Shown here piece after piece: positions 12,494 through 26,068 of a stretch of 64,000 bases of DNA. The first letter of the stretch is position 1; each line of letters begins with the position of its first letter. The notes under the pieces are model-generated. The model was not told the DNA's origin. It ran no database searches and worked only from the letters and a program-made list of their open reading frames with translations. The stretch covers positions 9,362,001 through 9,426,000 of the forward strand of contig NC_043024.1 of NCBI RefSeq assembly GCF_006345805.1. The letters run 5' to 3'. Source of the stretch: Octopus sinensis. Lineage: Eukaryota. The translations under genes and the position numbers were made by a program.

Positions 12494-12619
12494 GCACACT
12501 CACTCATGTATATGTTTATATATTTAATGTCAAGCGTGTATAACATGCCGTTCACCCTCACGCACCGTCCACTGTATATATGTTCAGATACATGCTTACT
12601 TGAGATGATGTTAATATCA

Positions 12620-13270
12620 GCAGACAGATCTATGTTTAGAGGCTTTCCGACCGTGATCGTCCCGTCTTTGTATATCTAGAACTGAAACTCCAGAAAACTC
12701 TATTGTCTCAAAGCGTGGTTTGAGGGATATTTGGCTGCTATTTCTAGCAGATCGATCAAACGACTGCCCCGGGGCTCCCAAGACAGATACGATGTTTAGA
12801 GGCTTTCCAGTCGTGATCGTCCCGTCTCTGGAAAATCTACTGAGCAATGTACTCTACACTTAGGTAGATTTGGCTGCTATTTCTAGCAGATCGATCAAAC
12901 GGCTGCCCTGGAGCTTCCGAGACAGATACGACGTTTAGAGGCTTTCCAACTGTGACCGTCCCGTCTTTGTATATCAAGAACTAAAACTCCAGAAAATCTA
13001 CCGACCAATGTACTCTACATTTTATTGTCTCAAAGTGTGGTTTGATGGAGATTTGGCTGCTATTTCTAGCAGATCGATCAAACGACTGCCCTGATGCTCC
13101 CGAGACAGATACGACGTTTAGAGGCTTTCCAACCGTGACCGTCCTGTCTTTGTATATCAAGAACTAAAACAACGGAAAACTCTACTGGCCAATGTAGGCT
13201 AAACTTTGTCTCAGTGTTGTTTGAGGGAGATTTGGCTGCTATTTCTAGCAGATCGAGATAGATGCGACGT
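12620..13270. repeat. Degenerate ~180-bp tandem (4 units) containing ttggctgctatttctagc
   Basis: Motif at 12729, 12868, 13051 and 13230. Confidence 0.85.
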
Positions 13271-14278
13271 TGTTGTTTCGCCCTAGGCCAGCCTTCAAAG
13301 ACCATTCCAACCATGCTGACCATCCCGCCTGCAGTAACGTCAGAGAACCGATATTTCCTTTTTTCTGCAACGGTAGTGATAGGAGACGATTGAGAAAGAT
13401 TTAGTTGCTATTTCTAGTACTGTGAGCCCCTAGGAAGGCCTTGATGTTGTTTTATTGTTTAAACTGACAGGTTTATTGTAGACAGTGTTAGGGGGCGGGG
13501 AAGTGTCACTGGGTGTATATGTCTGACGATAAAGGGAGTACTATGTGTGTGTGTATATATATATAATGTGTGTGTTTTTACAGGGTGTGTGTATGTTTAT
13601 AGGGAGTATTGTGTGTGTGTGTGCTGTGTGGTAAGTAGCTTGCTTACGAACCACATGGTCCCGGGTTCAGTCCCACTGCGTGGCACCTTGGGCAAGTGTC
13701 TTCTACTATAGCCCCGGGCCGACCAATGCCTTGTGAGTGGATTTGGTAGACGGAAACTGAAAGAAGCCCGCCGTATGTGTGTGTGTGTGTTTATGTGTCT
13801 GTGTTTGTCTCCGTTCCCGTAACTTAGCGGTTCGGCAAAATAGACCGATAGAAGTACTAGGCTTACAAACCATAAGTCCTGAGGTCGATTTGCATGGCCA
13901 CAGTCAAATGACTCAAACAAGTAAAAGAGTATATATATATGTGTGTGTGTGTGTGTATTTACAAGATGTTAGTGTGTATATATTATTTTAAGGTAGGACA
14001 AAATTCGATATCAACCTTACTGATCACCATGAACTCTTGTGTATGGAAGATGTGTGTGTATATATATAAACACCATCTACAAGTGATTTTTGTATACATG
14101 TGTTTACATGCGTGTATATATGCCCATCTTTATTTCTATTTGTGTATATGTGTCACGGTTGAGCTGATATGAATTTGTGTTGTATGTGTCACTGTTGACG
14201 TGTTTGTGTGTGTCACTATTAAAGTACGTGTGTACGGCCTTTATAATATTCTATGTGTGTCTGTACTCTCCACAATAT

Positions 14279-14606
14279 GTGAAGGCGCATGGTTCAGTGG
14301 TTAGAGCGTCGAGCTTACGATCGTGAAGTTGTGAGCTCGAATCCCGGACCGGGCTTCGTGTTGTGTTCTTGAGCAAGGCACTTTATTTCACGTCGCTCCA
14401 GTTCACTCAGCTGTAGAAATGAGTTGCGACGTCACTGGTGCCAAGCTGTATCGGCCCCTTTGCCTTTCCCTTGGATAACACTGGTGGCGTGGAAAGTGGG
14501 GTCTGGTATGCATGGGCGACTGCTAGTCTTCCATAAACAACCTTGCCCAGAGGGTAACTTTCTAGGTGCAAGCCCATGGTCAGTGTCTGACCGAAGGGGG
14601 TCTCAG
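14279..14606 (+). mobile_element. tRNA-derived SINE family D with a 14-bp TSD
   Basis: A box ggcgcatggttcagtgg and a B-box-like motif; TSD actctccacaatat at 14265-14278 and 14607-14620; a 3' fragment at 27862-28030. Confidence 0.85.
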
Positions 14607-16291
14607 ACTCTCCACAATATTGTATGTAATCCTTATGGGTTGGTGAGTTAACCCTGCGACGGACTAACCATCCGTCCAGGGTAATCTCTGTCAACAGTAA
14701 CCAGGATAAGGTTTATGGGGCTTATAATATCGAGACACACTTTCTTTTTATTTTTATGTTGGAAGTAGTGTAGATAGTGTAGCTAGGACTACATTATCTA
14801 ATGTGTCCTTCTTTTGGAGATGGTATGATGTGATCTGTTAAAGGCATTTAGCTGCATTTTCTAGCAAGTCATGCATTGGCTTGTATTGGTGTATGTATAT
14901 GATACCTATTCCTTTACTGCCCACAAAGGGCTAAACACAGAAGGGACAAACAAGGACAGACAAAGGGATTAAGTCGATTATATCGACCCCAGTGCATAAC
15001 GGGTACTTATTTAATCGACCCCGAAAGGATGAAAGGCAAAGTCAACCTCGGCGGAATTTGAACTCAGAACGTAAAAAGACAGTCGAAATACCTATTTCTT
15101 TACTACCCACAAGGGGTTAAACACAGAAGGGACAAACAAGGACAGACAGAAGGATCAAGTCGATTATATCGACCCCAGTGTGTAACTGGTACTTATTTAA
15201 TCGACCCCGAAAGGATGAAAGGCAAAGTCGACCTCGGCGGAATTTGAACTCAGAACGTAAAGACAGACGAAATACCGCTAAGCATTTCACCCGGTGTGCT
15301 AACGTTTCTGCCAGCTCGCCGCCTTATGTATGTATATGATACCGTGTGTATGTAAATATAGTGGTATTACTATTAATGTATGTATATGTGTGTATTGTGT
15401 TATTATTATTGAGGTGTGTGTATGTAATACATATTGTGTGAATATGTGTGTATATACACACACACATATTCAAGAATAATCAGCTGAAATTGCGATGATA
15501 ATCTGGTTCTTGACTGAGGATAGAGGGCTTCGAATGACCCGTCCTTGTTTTCTTTGTATGTTTTCTCTGGATGTTTTGTTGTCCCATTTTTGTATCACCT
15601 AGCTGTCCTAGATGTTTTGTGTTCTTGTCCCATTTTGTATTGAGTGGCTGTGTGGTAAGTAGCTTGTTTACCAACCACATGGTTCCGGGTTCAGTCCCAC
15701 TGCGTGGCACCTTGGGCAAGTGTCTTCTACTATAGCCTCGGGCCGACCAAAGCCTTGTGAGTGGATTTGGTAGACGGAAACTGGAAGAAGCCCGTCGTAT
15801 ATATGTGTATATATATATATATATATGCATGTGTGTGTTTGTGTTTGTCCCCCTAGCATTGCTTGACAACCGATGCTAGTGTGTTTATGTCCCCGTTACT
15901 TAGTAGTTCGGCAAAAGAGACCGATAGAATAAGTACTGGGCTTACAAAAGAATAAGTCCCGGGGTCGAGTTGCTCGATTAAAGGCGGTGCTCCAGCATGG
16001 CCGCAGTCAAATGACTGTGTCTACCAAATCCACTCACAAGGCTTTGGTCGGCCCGAGGCTATAGTAGAAGACACTTGCCCAAGGTGCCATGCAGTGGGAC
16101 TGAACCCGGAACCATGTGGTTGTTAAACAAGCTACTTACCACACAGCCACTCCTGCGCCTATATGTATATAAAAAATAAGAAAATGAAACCACCTTTCAT
16201 CAATTTTCATTAATTTTCTAGATGGTGTAATTTAATTGTTCATTTTGAATTGATGAAAGGTGGGTTTCTTCTAATTTTATATATATATATA

Positions 16292-16660
16292 TCTCTATAT
16301 ATAAACGGCAGTCTGCGTGTCTGTGTGTCTGTTAGGTTGTACCCTCACCCTGACCACGGCTTTCAACCGATTCTGATGAAACTTGACAAACACATAGCCC
16401 AATGTCATAATTCAAAATTAACGCAGCGAAAATTTTAAAAATTTCCCCCTTCTGAAAAAAATCGATAAATTCGACATGGGGTCGAGAATCAGAAACACAA
16501 ACCCCAGACTGTCTAGGGGACGCAACTCGGCCTTTTTAACTCTCAAAAAAATTTACCATTTTTTTTCCATTTTTTTTTCTATTTTTTGGCTATAACTCTC
16601 TAAAAATGCTTTATAGTTATTTCCCTTACAAACCCGAGCAACGCCGGGCGATACTGCTAG
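16292..16660 (+). mobile_element. Non-autonomous Helitron
   Basis: 5' TC, 3' hairpin CCCGAGCAACGCCGGG followed by CTAG, inserted between A and T in a (TA)n tract. Confidence 0.85.
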
Positions 16661-17595
16661 TATATATATATATATATATCCAAAATGTATATTAAATATC
16701 TATCACAGCTGGTCTTACCAATTGGTTTTGAGTAAAAAATGTAATGAAGTTTTAGGTAACAATCCAATTATTTAATTTTATGCTCATTAGAGTTAGTCAA
16801 ATTGGAAGGGAACATTTTTGGATAACACACCCACTCTAATAACAGATATATGAGTGCATCTTTTCCCTGGCTTGTGGTCTCTTAGACAACCTACGTACAT
16901 GATTATATATAATTGTACATTTATGTATGTGTAGTGTGCATGTAACCCGCTCTCTCTTTTTCTCTATGTATATATATATGTATGTATATATATATGTGTG
17001 TGTGTGTGATGGAGAAACAAGATGTTGGTATTTCAGCTATTCAGTGTAGGGGATAGGTTATTAGTTGAAAGGAATGTATTAAATGCTGGCAATAAGATAC
17101 AAGCCAGGTCATTGTAATAAGCATCAGTGAAATGTTAATATTACCTTTCAGGCAGCCATACTGTCCTGATAATCACACCACACCCTGTAATCTAGACAGC
17201 TGGAGGAGATGATCAACTTCACACTGTGTTGGTCTGAATTGGTGAGGCAGCTAGCTCCACAGGGGAACGTGATCTCCTAGAAATAGCAGCCTAAACTTCT
17301 TCAACACCTTATTTATGTCTTGTGTGTATTTGTACTTATGTGTAGAATATTGTGTGCGTGTGTGTGTGTGTGTGTGTATATATGCTCTTTTACTCTTTTA
17401 CTTGTTTCAGTCGTTTGACTGCGGCCATGCTGGAGCACCGCCTTTAGTCGAGCAAATCAACCCCAGGATTTATTCTTTGTAAGCCCAGTACTTATTCTAT
17501 CGGTCTCTTTTGCTGAACCGCTAAGTGATGGGGACGTAAACACACCAGCATCGGTTGTCAAGCAATGCTAGAGGGACAAACACACACACACATAC

Positions 17596-17635
<40 letters not shown>

Positions 17636-18318
17636 GACAGGCTTCTTTCAGTTTCTGTCTACCAAATCCACTCACAAGGCTTTGGTCGGCCCGAGGCTAT
17701 AGTAGAAGACACTTGCCCAAGATGCCACGCAGTGGGACTGAACCCGGAACCATGTGGTTGGTAAGCAAGCTACTTACCACACAGCCACTCATCATCATCA
17801 TCATCGTTTAGCATCTGCTTTCCATGCTAGCATGGGTTGGACGGTTCAACTGGGGTCTGGGAAGTCAGAAGGCTGCACCAGGCCCAGTCTGATCTGGCAA
17901 TGTTTCTACGACTGGATGCCCTTCCTAACGCCAACCACTCCATGAGTGTAGTGGGTGCTTTTTACATGTCACTGGCACAGGTGCCAGACGAGGCTGGCAA
18001 ACGGCCACGATCGGATGGTGCTTTTTACGTGCCACCGGCACGGAGGCCAGGCGAGGCTGGCAAACAGCCACGATCGGATGGTGCTTTTTACATGCCACTG
18101 GCACAGGTGCCAGACGAGGCTGGCAAATGGCCACGATCGGATGGTGCTTTTTATGTGCCACTGGCATGGAGGCCATTCGGGGCAGCGCTGGCAACGGCCA
18201 CATTCAGATGGTTCTCTTACGTGCCACCTGCACTGGTATCACAGCTGCAATTACCATTATGTTGATCGATCTCGTATGTATGTATATACGTATGTATGTA
18301 TGTATATACATATGTATG

Positions 18319-18357
<39 letters not shown>

Positions 18358-19419
18358 TAGCTTAAAAGCCACACTCCATGCGGACTTTTAAGCTGACTCC
18401 TGCAGAGCGCTAAAAGGGCCTGGGGCCCAAAACTAATGAGAGCTAAATAGCATGACTATAGTATGTCCATAGTGACCGTGTGCCCCAGTGGCGTTTGATC
18501 AAAGGTTAAGGACAGATGAGAATTAATTCTGTAATGCAATCATTCTATTGTTCCAGTCCCAAGTTGAATTCCAACTGTTGGCCAGTTTGTCCCAGAGTTC
18601 TTATCTTGACATAAAATTGACGAAGTGAATGTCATTTCTTTCTTCCCTTGGTCTCTGACGTCATCTGACAAATGTCAACCAAGATGACGTGAATCAGCCA
18701 AGCTTTACCTGCTAGAAATAGCAGCACAAGTATTATAAAATCGGATCCCAATACTGGATGTTCAAGAACCAGATGAAGTGCAGATTTTTAATCCCGGGAT
18801 CATCGTGATCCCTAAAATATATATGTCTATGTAGACTTAGATACAGGGGTCCCAGACGGATGCAGCATTGAGGATGAATGAAGCCAGCTCAACCCACCCC
18901 AGGTGAATGCTGTCTCAAGACAAGAAGAAAGTCCCAGACGGATAGACAGAATTTCGCTTTTATGTGTGTGTTCTCCATCACTGCTTGACAACCAGTGTTG
19001 CTTTGTTTACGTCCCTATACTTCTGTGATTCAGTAAAAGATAAAGTAAGTACCAGACTTAAGAAAAATAAGTACTTGGGTCAGTTTGTTTGATTAAAATT
19101 CTTCAAGGCAGTGCCCCAGCATGGCCACAGTCCAATGACTGAAACAAATAAAAGATAAATGAAAGATGGTCTAATTTCTAACCCCTTCTGCAAACGGCTG
19201 TGAAGTCGAAACAAAAAACTTTGGCACGGACTCCTCTACTATTGGCACCTCCGACTCAACCCGCCCAGGGTGAATGTCGCCACAAGTACTAGTAAGTTTG
19301 CTCTGAGAGCTCTCCACTCTTGTTTTCTTCCCTAAAGGCTTCCAGAGACCCTGCAGGAAGGATGAGGTTATCAATTTATTGAAGTTCACATTAGACTCAG
19401 TCATAAACACTTCCGTCAA

Positions 19420-20205
19420 TTCTTTATTTATGTGCCCTTTTCAAGCCTAGCCAGTCTCATGGGCCCAGTTTCCAAGTTTCTATGGCATATGTGTTCCCCC
19501 CAGCTGGACGGGACGCCAGTCCATCGCAGCATTACTCAAGAAACAGGAAGAAAGAGTGAGAGAAAGTTGGGGGCGAAAGAGTACAACAGGGGTCACTACC
19601 ACCCCCTGCCGGAGCCTTGTGGAACTTTAGGCGTTTTTGCTCAATAAACACACACAACGCTCACTCTGGGAATCGAAATCGCGATCCTCCAACTATGAGG
19701 CCACTACCCTAACCACTGAGCCATTGCGCCTTCCACAAAATAAATTAATGCGCCCTTTTAAAGCCTAGCCAGGCTCATGGGCCCGGTTTCCCCGTTTCAA
19801 TGGCGTATGTGTTCCCCAGCTGGACGGGACGCCAGTCCATCGCAGCATTACTCATTTTTGCCAGCTGAGTGGACTGGAACAACGTGAAATGAAGTGTTTT
19901 GCTCAAGAACACAATGCGTCGCCCGGTCCAGGAATCAAAACCACAATCTTACGATCATGATGCTGACACCCTAACCACTAAGCCACGCACCTCCACAAAT
20001 TAATGCGCCCTCTTAAAGCTTAGCCAGGCTCATGGGCCTGGTTTCCCGGTTTCTATGGCATATGTGTTCCCCAGCTGGACAGGACGCCAGTGAAATGAAG
20101 TGTTTTGCTCAAGAACACAACGCGTCGCCCGGTCCAGGAATCAAAACCACAGTCTTACGATCATGATGCTGACACCCTAACCACTAAGCCATGCGCCTCC
20201 ACCTC
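19420..20205 (-). mobile_element. Three stacked SINEs sharing one 3' tail: one family-E head and two D-like heads. Other family-E copies at 290-540- and 7395-7800+
   Basis: The tail segment …gcgccc…aagcctagccagg…cccagctggac… recurs at ~19420, 19742 and 19998. Confidence 0.8.
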
Positions 20206-20642
20206 TGTCAATTCTTGGAGAACTGTAATAAATAGGAGTGGGGAAGGGGCTTAGAATGATCCTTAATGAACACCTACCAGTATGTAGGTGCAAACATGTA
20301 TATGTTTGTGTGTGTATATATGCATCTATATAAACACACAGGCAAACAAACACTCAGATATAATATAAACCCCCACCACTTAATATAATTTTGCCATGTG
20401 TCATGTCCCTGGTGTATATATATCCCTGTTAATTTATATTCAAGTCCTTTCATAAGCCTTATTTTTAATGAAATTCACTACTTATTTGCTTTAATTATCC
20501 TCAGAAAGTAATTAAGAATTATGAGGCATTTGATAAAGCTATTAATTTTCCCATCGCTAATCCACAGTTTGAAACCTGACGAAGCATTTCTTCTAGAATT
20601 GTGATGAAGGCTTTTAATTTAACAACGAATTCATCAAATTAA

Positions 20643-21055
20643 CCCTTTAGTGTTTTCACCGGTCATATCCGGCCAAAATATTCTCCCTATTTTATGTTCA
20701 AACTAGTCAGATATGGTCATTCATAGCTACCTAATTGTGTGTGGGTTTGTGTGTCTGTGTTTGTCCCCCTAGCATTGCTTGACAACCGATGCTGGTGTGT
20801 TTACGTCCCCGTCACTTAGCGGTTTGGCAAAAGAGACCGATAGAATAAGTACTGGGCTTACAAAAGAATAAGTCCCGGGGTCGATTTGATCGACTAAAGG
20901 TGGTGCTCCAGCATGGCCGCAGTCAAATGACTGAAACAAAAAAAGAGTAATCACATCATTGAAATCTCAAAGCCATGAAAATTATGCAGGATTAATTTTA
21001 CATGGTGTGAATACATAAGGATTATATTTGACAGAATAATCTGAATGCTAAAGGG
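20643..21055. mobile_element. Second piggyBac-like MITE family, interrupted by a SINE 3' half (20740-20948)
   Basis: TTAA|CCCTTTAG ... CTAAAGGG|TTAA termini. Confidence 0.65.
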
Positions 21056-21405
21056 TTAAACATTTTTGCATCTTGGAACCGACCATTGCTGGTCGTGTGT
21101 GTTGGCATTAAAGTAGGGACTCACTTGAGAAAGTTCCGGAGGATTTCCTCCAGAGAATTTATCTTCGGTTTTTGCTTTGGTGCCAGGGGATTTCTGGGTC
21201 AAATCCCCTTGCTTGACATCTTTGAGTTGACCGTTGCTTTCAGTGTGGAATTTGGTAGATAGAAAACTGTGTTTATCCATCACATACACACACACACACA
21301 TACATGTGTATATGTACATATGTGTATATATTTATGTGTGTGCATGTATCTGTCTCTCTCTATATATATATATGTGTGTGTGTTGTATGTATATATATAT
21401 ATATA

Positions 21406-21787
21406 CTAGCAGTATCGCCCGGCGTTGCTCAGGTTTGTAAGGGAAATAACTATAAAGCATTTTTAGAGAGTTATAGCCAAAAAATAGCAAAAAAATGGAA
21501 AAAAATGATAGTAAATTTTTTTTTAGTTAAAAAAGGTGGAGTTGCGTCCCCTAGACAGTTTGCGGTTTGTGTTTCTGATTCTCGACCCCATGTCGAATTT
21601 ATCGATTTTTTTCAGAACTGGGGGAACTTTTCAAAATTTTCGCTGCGTTAGTTTTGAATTATGACATTGGGCTATGTGTGTGTCAAGTTTCATCAGAATC
21701 GGTTGAAAGCCGTGGTCAGGGTGAGGGTACAAGCAAACAGACACACAGAAACACGCACAGACAAACTGCCGTTTATATATAGAGAGA
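21406..21787 (-). mobile_element. Second copy of the same non-autonomous Helitron
   Basis: Reverse complement of 16292-16660 with the same termini. Confidence 0.85.
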
Positions 21788-24700
21788 TATATATGTATAT
21801 ATTTGTGTATGTATCTATATCTGTCCATTTTCCGTGCTAGCACAGGTTGGACGGTTCGACCGGGTATCTGGGAAGCCAGAAGGCTGCACCAGACCCCAGT
21901 CTGATCTGGCAATGTTTCTACAGCTGGATGCCCTTCCTAACGCCAACCACTCCGTGAGTGTAGTAGGTGCTTTTTACGTGCCACCGGCACAGGTGCCAGG
22001 GGAGTCTGGCAGCAGCCACAATCGGTTGGCGCTTTTAACGTGCCACCGGCACGGAAGCCAGTCAAGGCGGCACTGGCATCGGACCACGTTCGGATGGTGC
22101 TTTTTGAATAGGAAAATAAAATAATTTTGGTGAATTTGCTAAACATAATCTTTCTTACTAATAATTATTTTCTATTTGAAAGACAACAAAGCAGTTTCTT
22201 TAGTATTTCAACCTCCAACCTTTCCCCTCCAACTGTTCTCCCCCTTCCTCTCCTTCCTCCCCTGCATGCTCTTCTTCCTCTTTATCCTCTTCCCTATCTC
22301 TGATCCATCTTTTATCAGCTCAGCAACACCTTCGAGTGTTGACAGCCTCCCTGATAATCTACCCTGCCTGTTTCTTGTTAAATGGTAAACGGCGCCGCCG
22401 ACAGCAGCAGCAGCATCGGCGGGGTGGGGGTGGCGCTGCCGGCGCATCTGACTCAGACTATAAACAGACAGAATGAAAAGGGTTTAGCTCTCTCTCTCTC
22501 TCTCTTTTACTTGTTTCAGTCATTTGACTGCGGCCATGCTGGAGCACCGCCTTTTAGTTGAGCAAATCGACCCTGGGACTTATACTTTTGTAAGCCTAGT
22601 ACTTATTCTATCGGTCTCTCTTGCCGAACCGCTAAGTGACGGAGACGTAAACACACTAGCATCGGTTGTCAAGCGATTCTAGGGGGGACAAACATGCACG
22701 CGCATATATACATATATATATATACATATATACGACAGGCTTCTTTCAGTTTCCATCTACCAAATCCACTCACAAGGCATTAGTCGGCCCGGGGCTATAG
22801 CAGAAGACACTTGCCCAAGGTTCCATGTAGTGGGACTGAACCCGGAACCATGTGGTTGGTAAGCAAGCTACTTACCACACAGCTACTCCTGCGCTTATAT
22901 ATTTATTTACATATATTCGATGGGCTTCTTTCAGTTTCCATCTACCAAATCCACTCACAAGGCATTGGTCGGCCCGGGGCTATAGTAGAAGACACTTGCC
23001 CAAGATGCCATGCAGTGGGACTGAACCCAGAACCATGTGGTTGGTTAGCAAGCTACTTACCACACAGCCACTCCTGCGCCTAAACGAGAATACTTTTAAT
23101 GAAGATCAAAATTAGAAATTAAAATACGTATCGTCTCTCGTTACAGGTACATTTTTTTCCACTTTTAATTAATGACTGCTGCTGTTGTGTTCATTACTGG
23201 GGGGTGGGTAGCGGAGGGGTTCTTATGCAACAGCTTTTATCAAATACAGCAGAAGGAATAACTCATATCTCTCTCTGACTAAGTCCACCTTGACACCCCC
23301 TGTTGTCATCATCACCTGAATATACTTGTTTGATCTGCTAGAAATAGCAGCCAGATCTTCACCCATCAGCCCTCTAAGTAATCTTAGAAAAAGGGCACAT
23401 TGGGTAGTGGTAGTCCAAGTTACACAATGTCTGAATAGGAAAAAAGAGAAGCATAGGCACAGGAGTGGCTGTGTGGTAAGTAGCTTGCTTACCAACCACA
23501 TGGTTCCGGGTTCAGTCCCACTTTGTGGCAACTTGGGTATGTGTCTTCAACCATAGCCTCGGGCCGACCAAAGCCTTGTGAGTGGATTTGGTAGACGGAA
23601 ACTGGGAGAAGCCCGTCGTATATATGTATATATATGTGTGTGTGTGTATGTTTGTGTGTCTGTGTTTGTCCCCGCAACATCGCTTGACAACCGATGCTGG
23701 TGTGTTTACGTCCCCGTAACTTAGCGGTTCGGCAAAAGAGACTGATAGAATAAGTGCTAGGCTTACAAAGAATAAGTCCTGGGGACGATTTGCTTGACTA
23801 AAAAGGTGGTGCTCCAGCATGGCCACAGTCAAATGACTGAAACAAGTAAAAGAGTACACGCTCCCACAAATGTATACATACAAATTTTATCCTCTCTCTC
23901 TCTACACGCATGCACCCACACAAGCAGACAACCTTAGGTGTCCCTAAGGAACAAAGAAGGCTGTAAGCACCTCCACCACCACATACACATACAACACACA
24001 CTTTTCTTTTACTTATAAATTCATTTTTCTAAATTCTTAATCATAATTTACATAAGTAGTTACCACGGCAACCAAAGTGATAATGACTAATTGTTATTCA
24101 TAGTTAAATGACTATATTCACTTTTTCACCATCATCTTTCTAACATTTTACATTGAGGTAAAATTGTAGCCCAAGGCGGCGAACTGGCAGAGTCGTTAGC
24201 ACTCCGGAAGAAATGCTTAGTGGTATTTTGTCTGCCGTTACGTTCTGAGTTCAAATTCCGCCAAGGTCGACTTTGCATTTCATCCTTTCGGGGTCGATTA
24301 AATAAGTACCAGTTACGCATTGGGGTCAATGTAATCGACTTAATCTGTTTGTCTGTCCTTGTTTGTCCCCTCTGTGTTTAGTCCCTTGTGGGTAGTAAAG
24401 AAATAGGTATTTCGTCTGCCATTACGTTCTGAGTTCAAATTCCACCGAGGTCGACTTTGCCTTTCATCTTTTCGGGGTCGATTAAATAAGTACCAGTTAC
24501 GCACTGGGGTCGATATAATCGACTTAATCCGTGTGTCTCTTTCCTTGTTTGTCCCCTCTGTGTTTAGCCCCTTGTGGGTAGTAAAGAAATAGGTAAAATT
24601 GTAGCCCAACTCAGTGAGGGAGCCTGCACAACTGCTAGAAATAGTAACCAAATCTTCCTCAAATTGCAGTACCATTATTTTCAGTGACCCATCAGACCAG

Positions 24701-25344
24701 TGGTTCTTAACCTGTTTTTCATTTGTTTTGCCCCCTTTTAAGTAGATGTTATGCCTATTGACCCCTTCTAAGTAATGCCTAGCACCCGCCTAAGTGGAAA
24801 GTGAGACATTTTGACTAAACTAACTTAACATTGATTTAAAATTATTTATTTTACTTTAAAAATGGATTGTCTAAGTTTTTAACTGTGAAAAGATAAGAAG
24901 AAAAAAATTAGTATAGACAAATTTTGTAAATTTGCTTAATACATTGCAAGTTAATGACTTACCTCTGCCTGATGAGATCTCATTTCATTTTAGTGGTAAG
25001 TAGCTTGCTTACGAACCACATGGTTCCAGGTTCAGTCCCACGCCATGGCACCTTGGGCAAGTGTCTTCTACTATAGCCTCGGGCCGACCAAAGCCTTATA
25101 AGTGGATTTGGTAGACGGAAACTGAAAGAAGCCCGTCATATATATGTATGTATATATATATATATATATAATAAATATTAGGGAATAAATCCAAATTTAC
25201 AGGGAAAAAATCAGATTTAGGATTAAATCGATTTTATATTAAAATATTATAAAATATTATTCGAGACAAAACCACTATTTTGCAAAACAAACAAGGAAAG
25301 ACTTAATTAATACATAAAATTTTAATAAATAGTCAAAAAAACCG

Positions 25345-25387
25345 CCACTACAATCGTTTCTTGTCTTGATCGACAATCTTCAGGTGG
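25345..25387 (-). ncRNA. Mirror copy of the same hammerhead on the minus strand
   Basis: Left arm of the palindrome; exact reverse complement of 25448-25490. Confidence 0.85.
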
Positions 25388-25447
25388 ACTTCCAATAATT
25401 CAGTGTCAAATTATGAAGTCATAATTTGACACTGAATTATTGGAAGT

Positions 25448-25490
25448 CCACCTGAAGATTGTCGATCAAGACAAGAAACGATTGTAGTGG
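25448..25490 (+). ncRNA. Type I minimal hammerhead ribozyme motif (intact core)
   Basis: Reads CCAC CTGAAGA TTGTC-gatcaa-GACAA GAAA CG-at-TG T A GTGG. Stem I is CCAC/GTGG, the core is CUGANGA + GAAA, stem II is 5 bp, stem III is short, and the cleavage triplet is GUA (cut after 25486). Confidence 0.85.
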
Positions 25491-25577
25491 CGGTTTTTTT
25501 GACTATTTATTAAAATTTTATGTATTAATTAAGTCTTTCCTTGTTTGTTTTGCAAAATAGTGGTTTTGTCTCGAATA

Positions 25578-25621
<44 letters not shown>

Positions 25622-26035
25622 ATATATATACACAATTGCAGCGTGGAAGGTGTTTGTAAGCCATTTAAGAAACACACAAAAGCTGTTCGATTCACTTCAA
25701 CATTTAAGTTTAATTTGTCAAAATATTTTCTTCGCTTTAAGACCGCGACCTGTTCACTGACCAGATCAAATCACTTGCTATGCAAGTACATCTCCGTAAT
25801 ATATATATATTATATTATATATATATATATATATAAAATATTATTAGAGACAAAACCACTATTTTGCAAAACAAACAAGGAAAGACTTAATCAATACATA
25901 AAATTTTAATAAATTTTGCAAAATAGTGGTTTTGTCTCTAATAATATTTTATAATATTTTACTATAAAATTGGATTTAATCCTAAATCTGATTTTTTTCC
26001 CTGTAAATTTGGATTTATTCCCTAATATTTATTAT

Positions 26036-26068
<33 letters not shown>

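Larger units (their letters stand above)
25248..25587. repeat. Perfect palindrome: 169-bp arms, 2-nt spacer
   Basis: 25248-25416 is the reverse complement of 25419-25587 at every position I checked; centre reads ttatga-ag-tcataa. Confidence 0.95.

Noticed and set aside
11433-12503. YI/VC/HT-rich ORFs here and at 32900-33669, 47377-47831, 60514-61280, 62953-63921
   Set aside because: Dinucleotide microsatellite translations.
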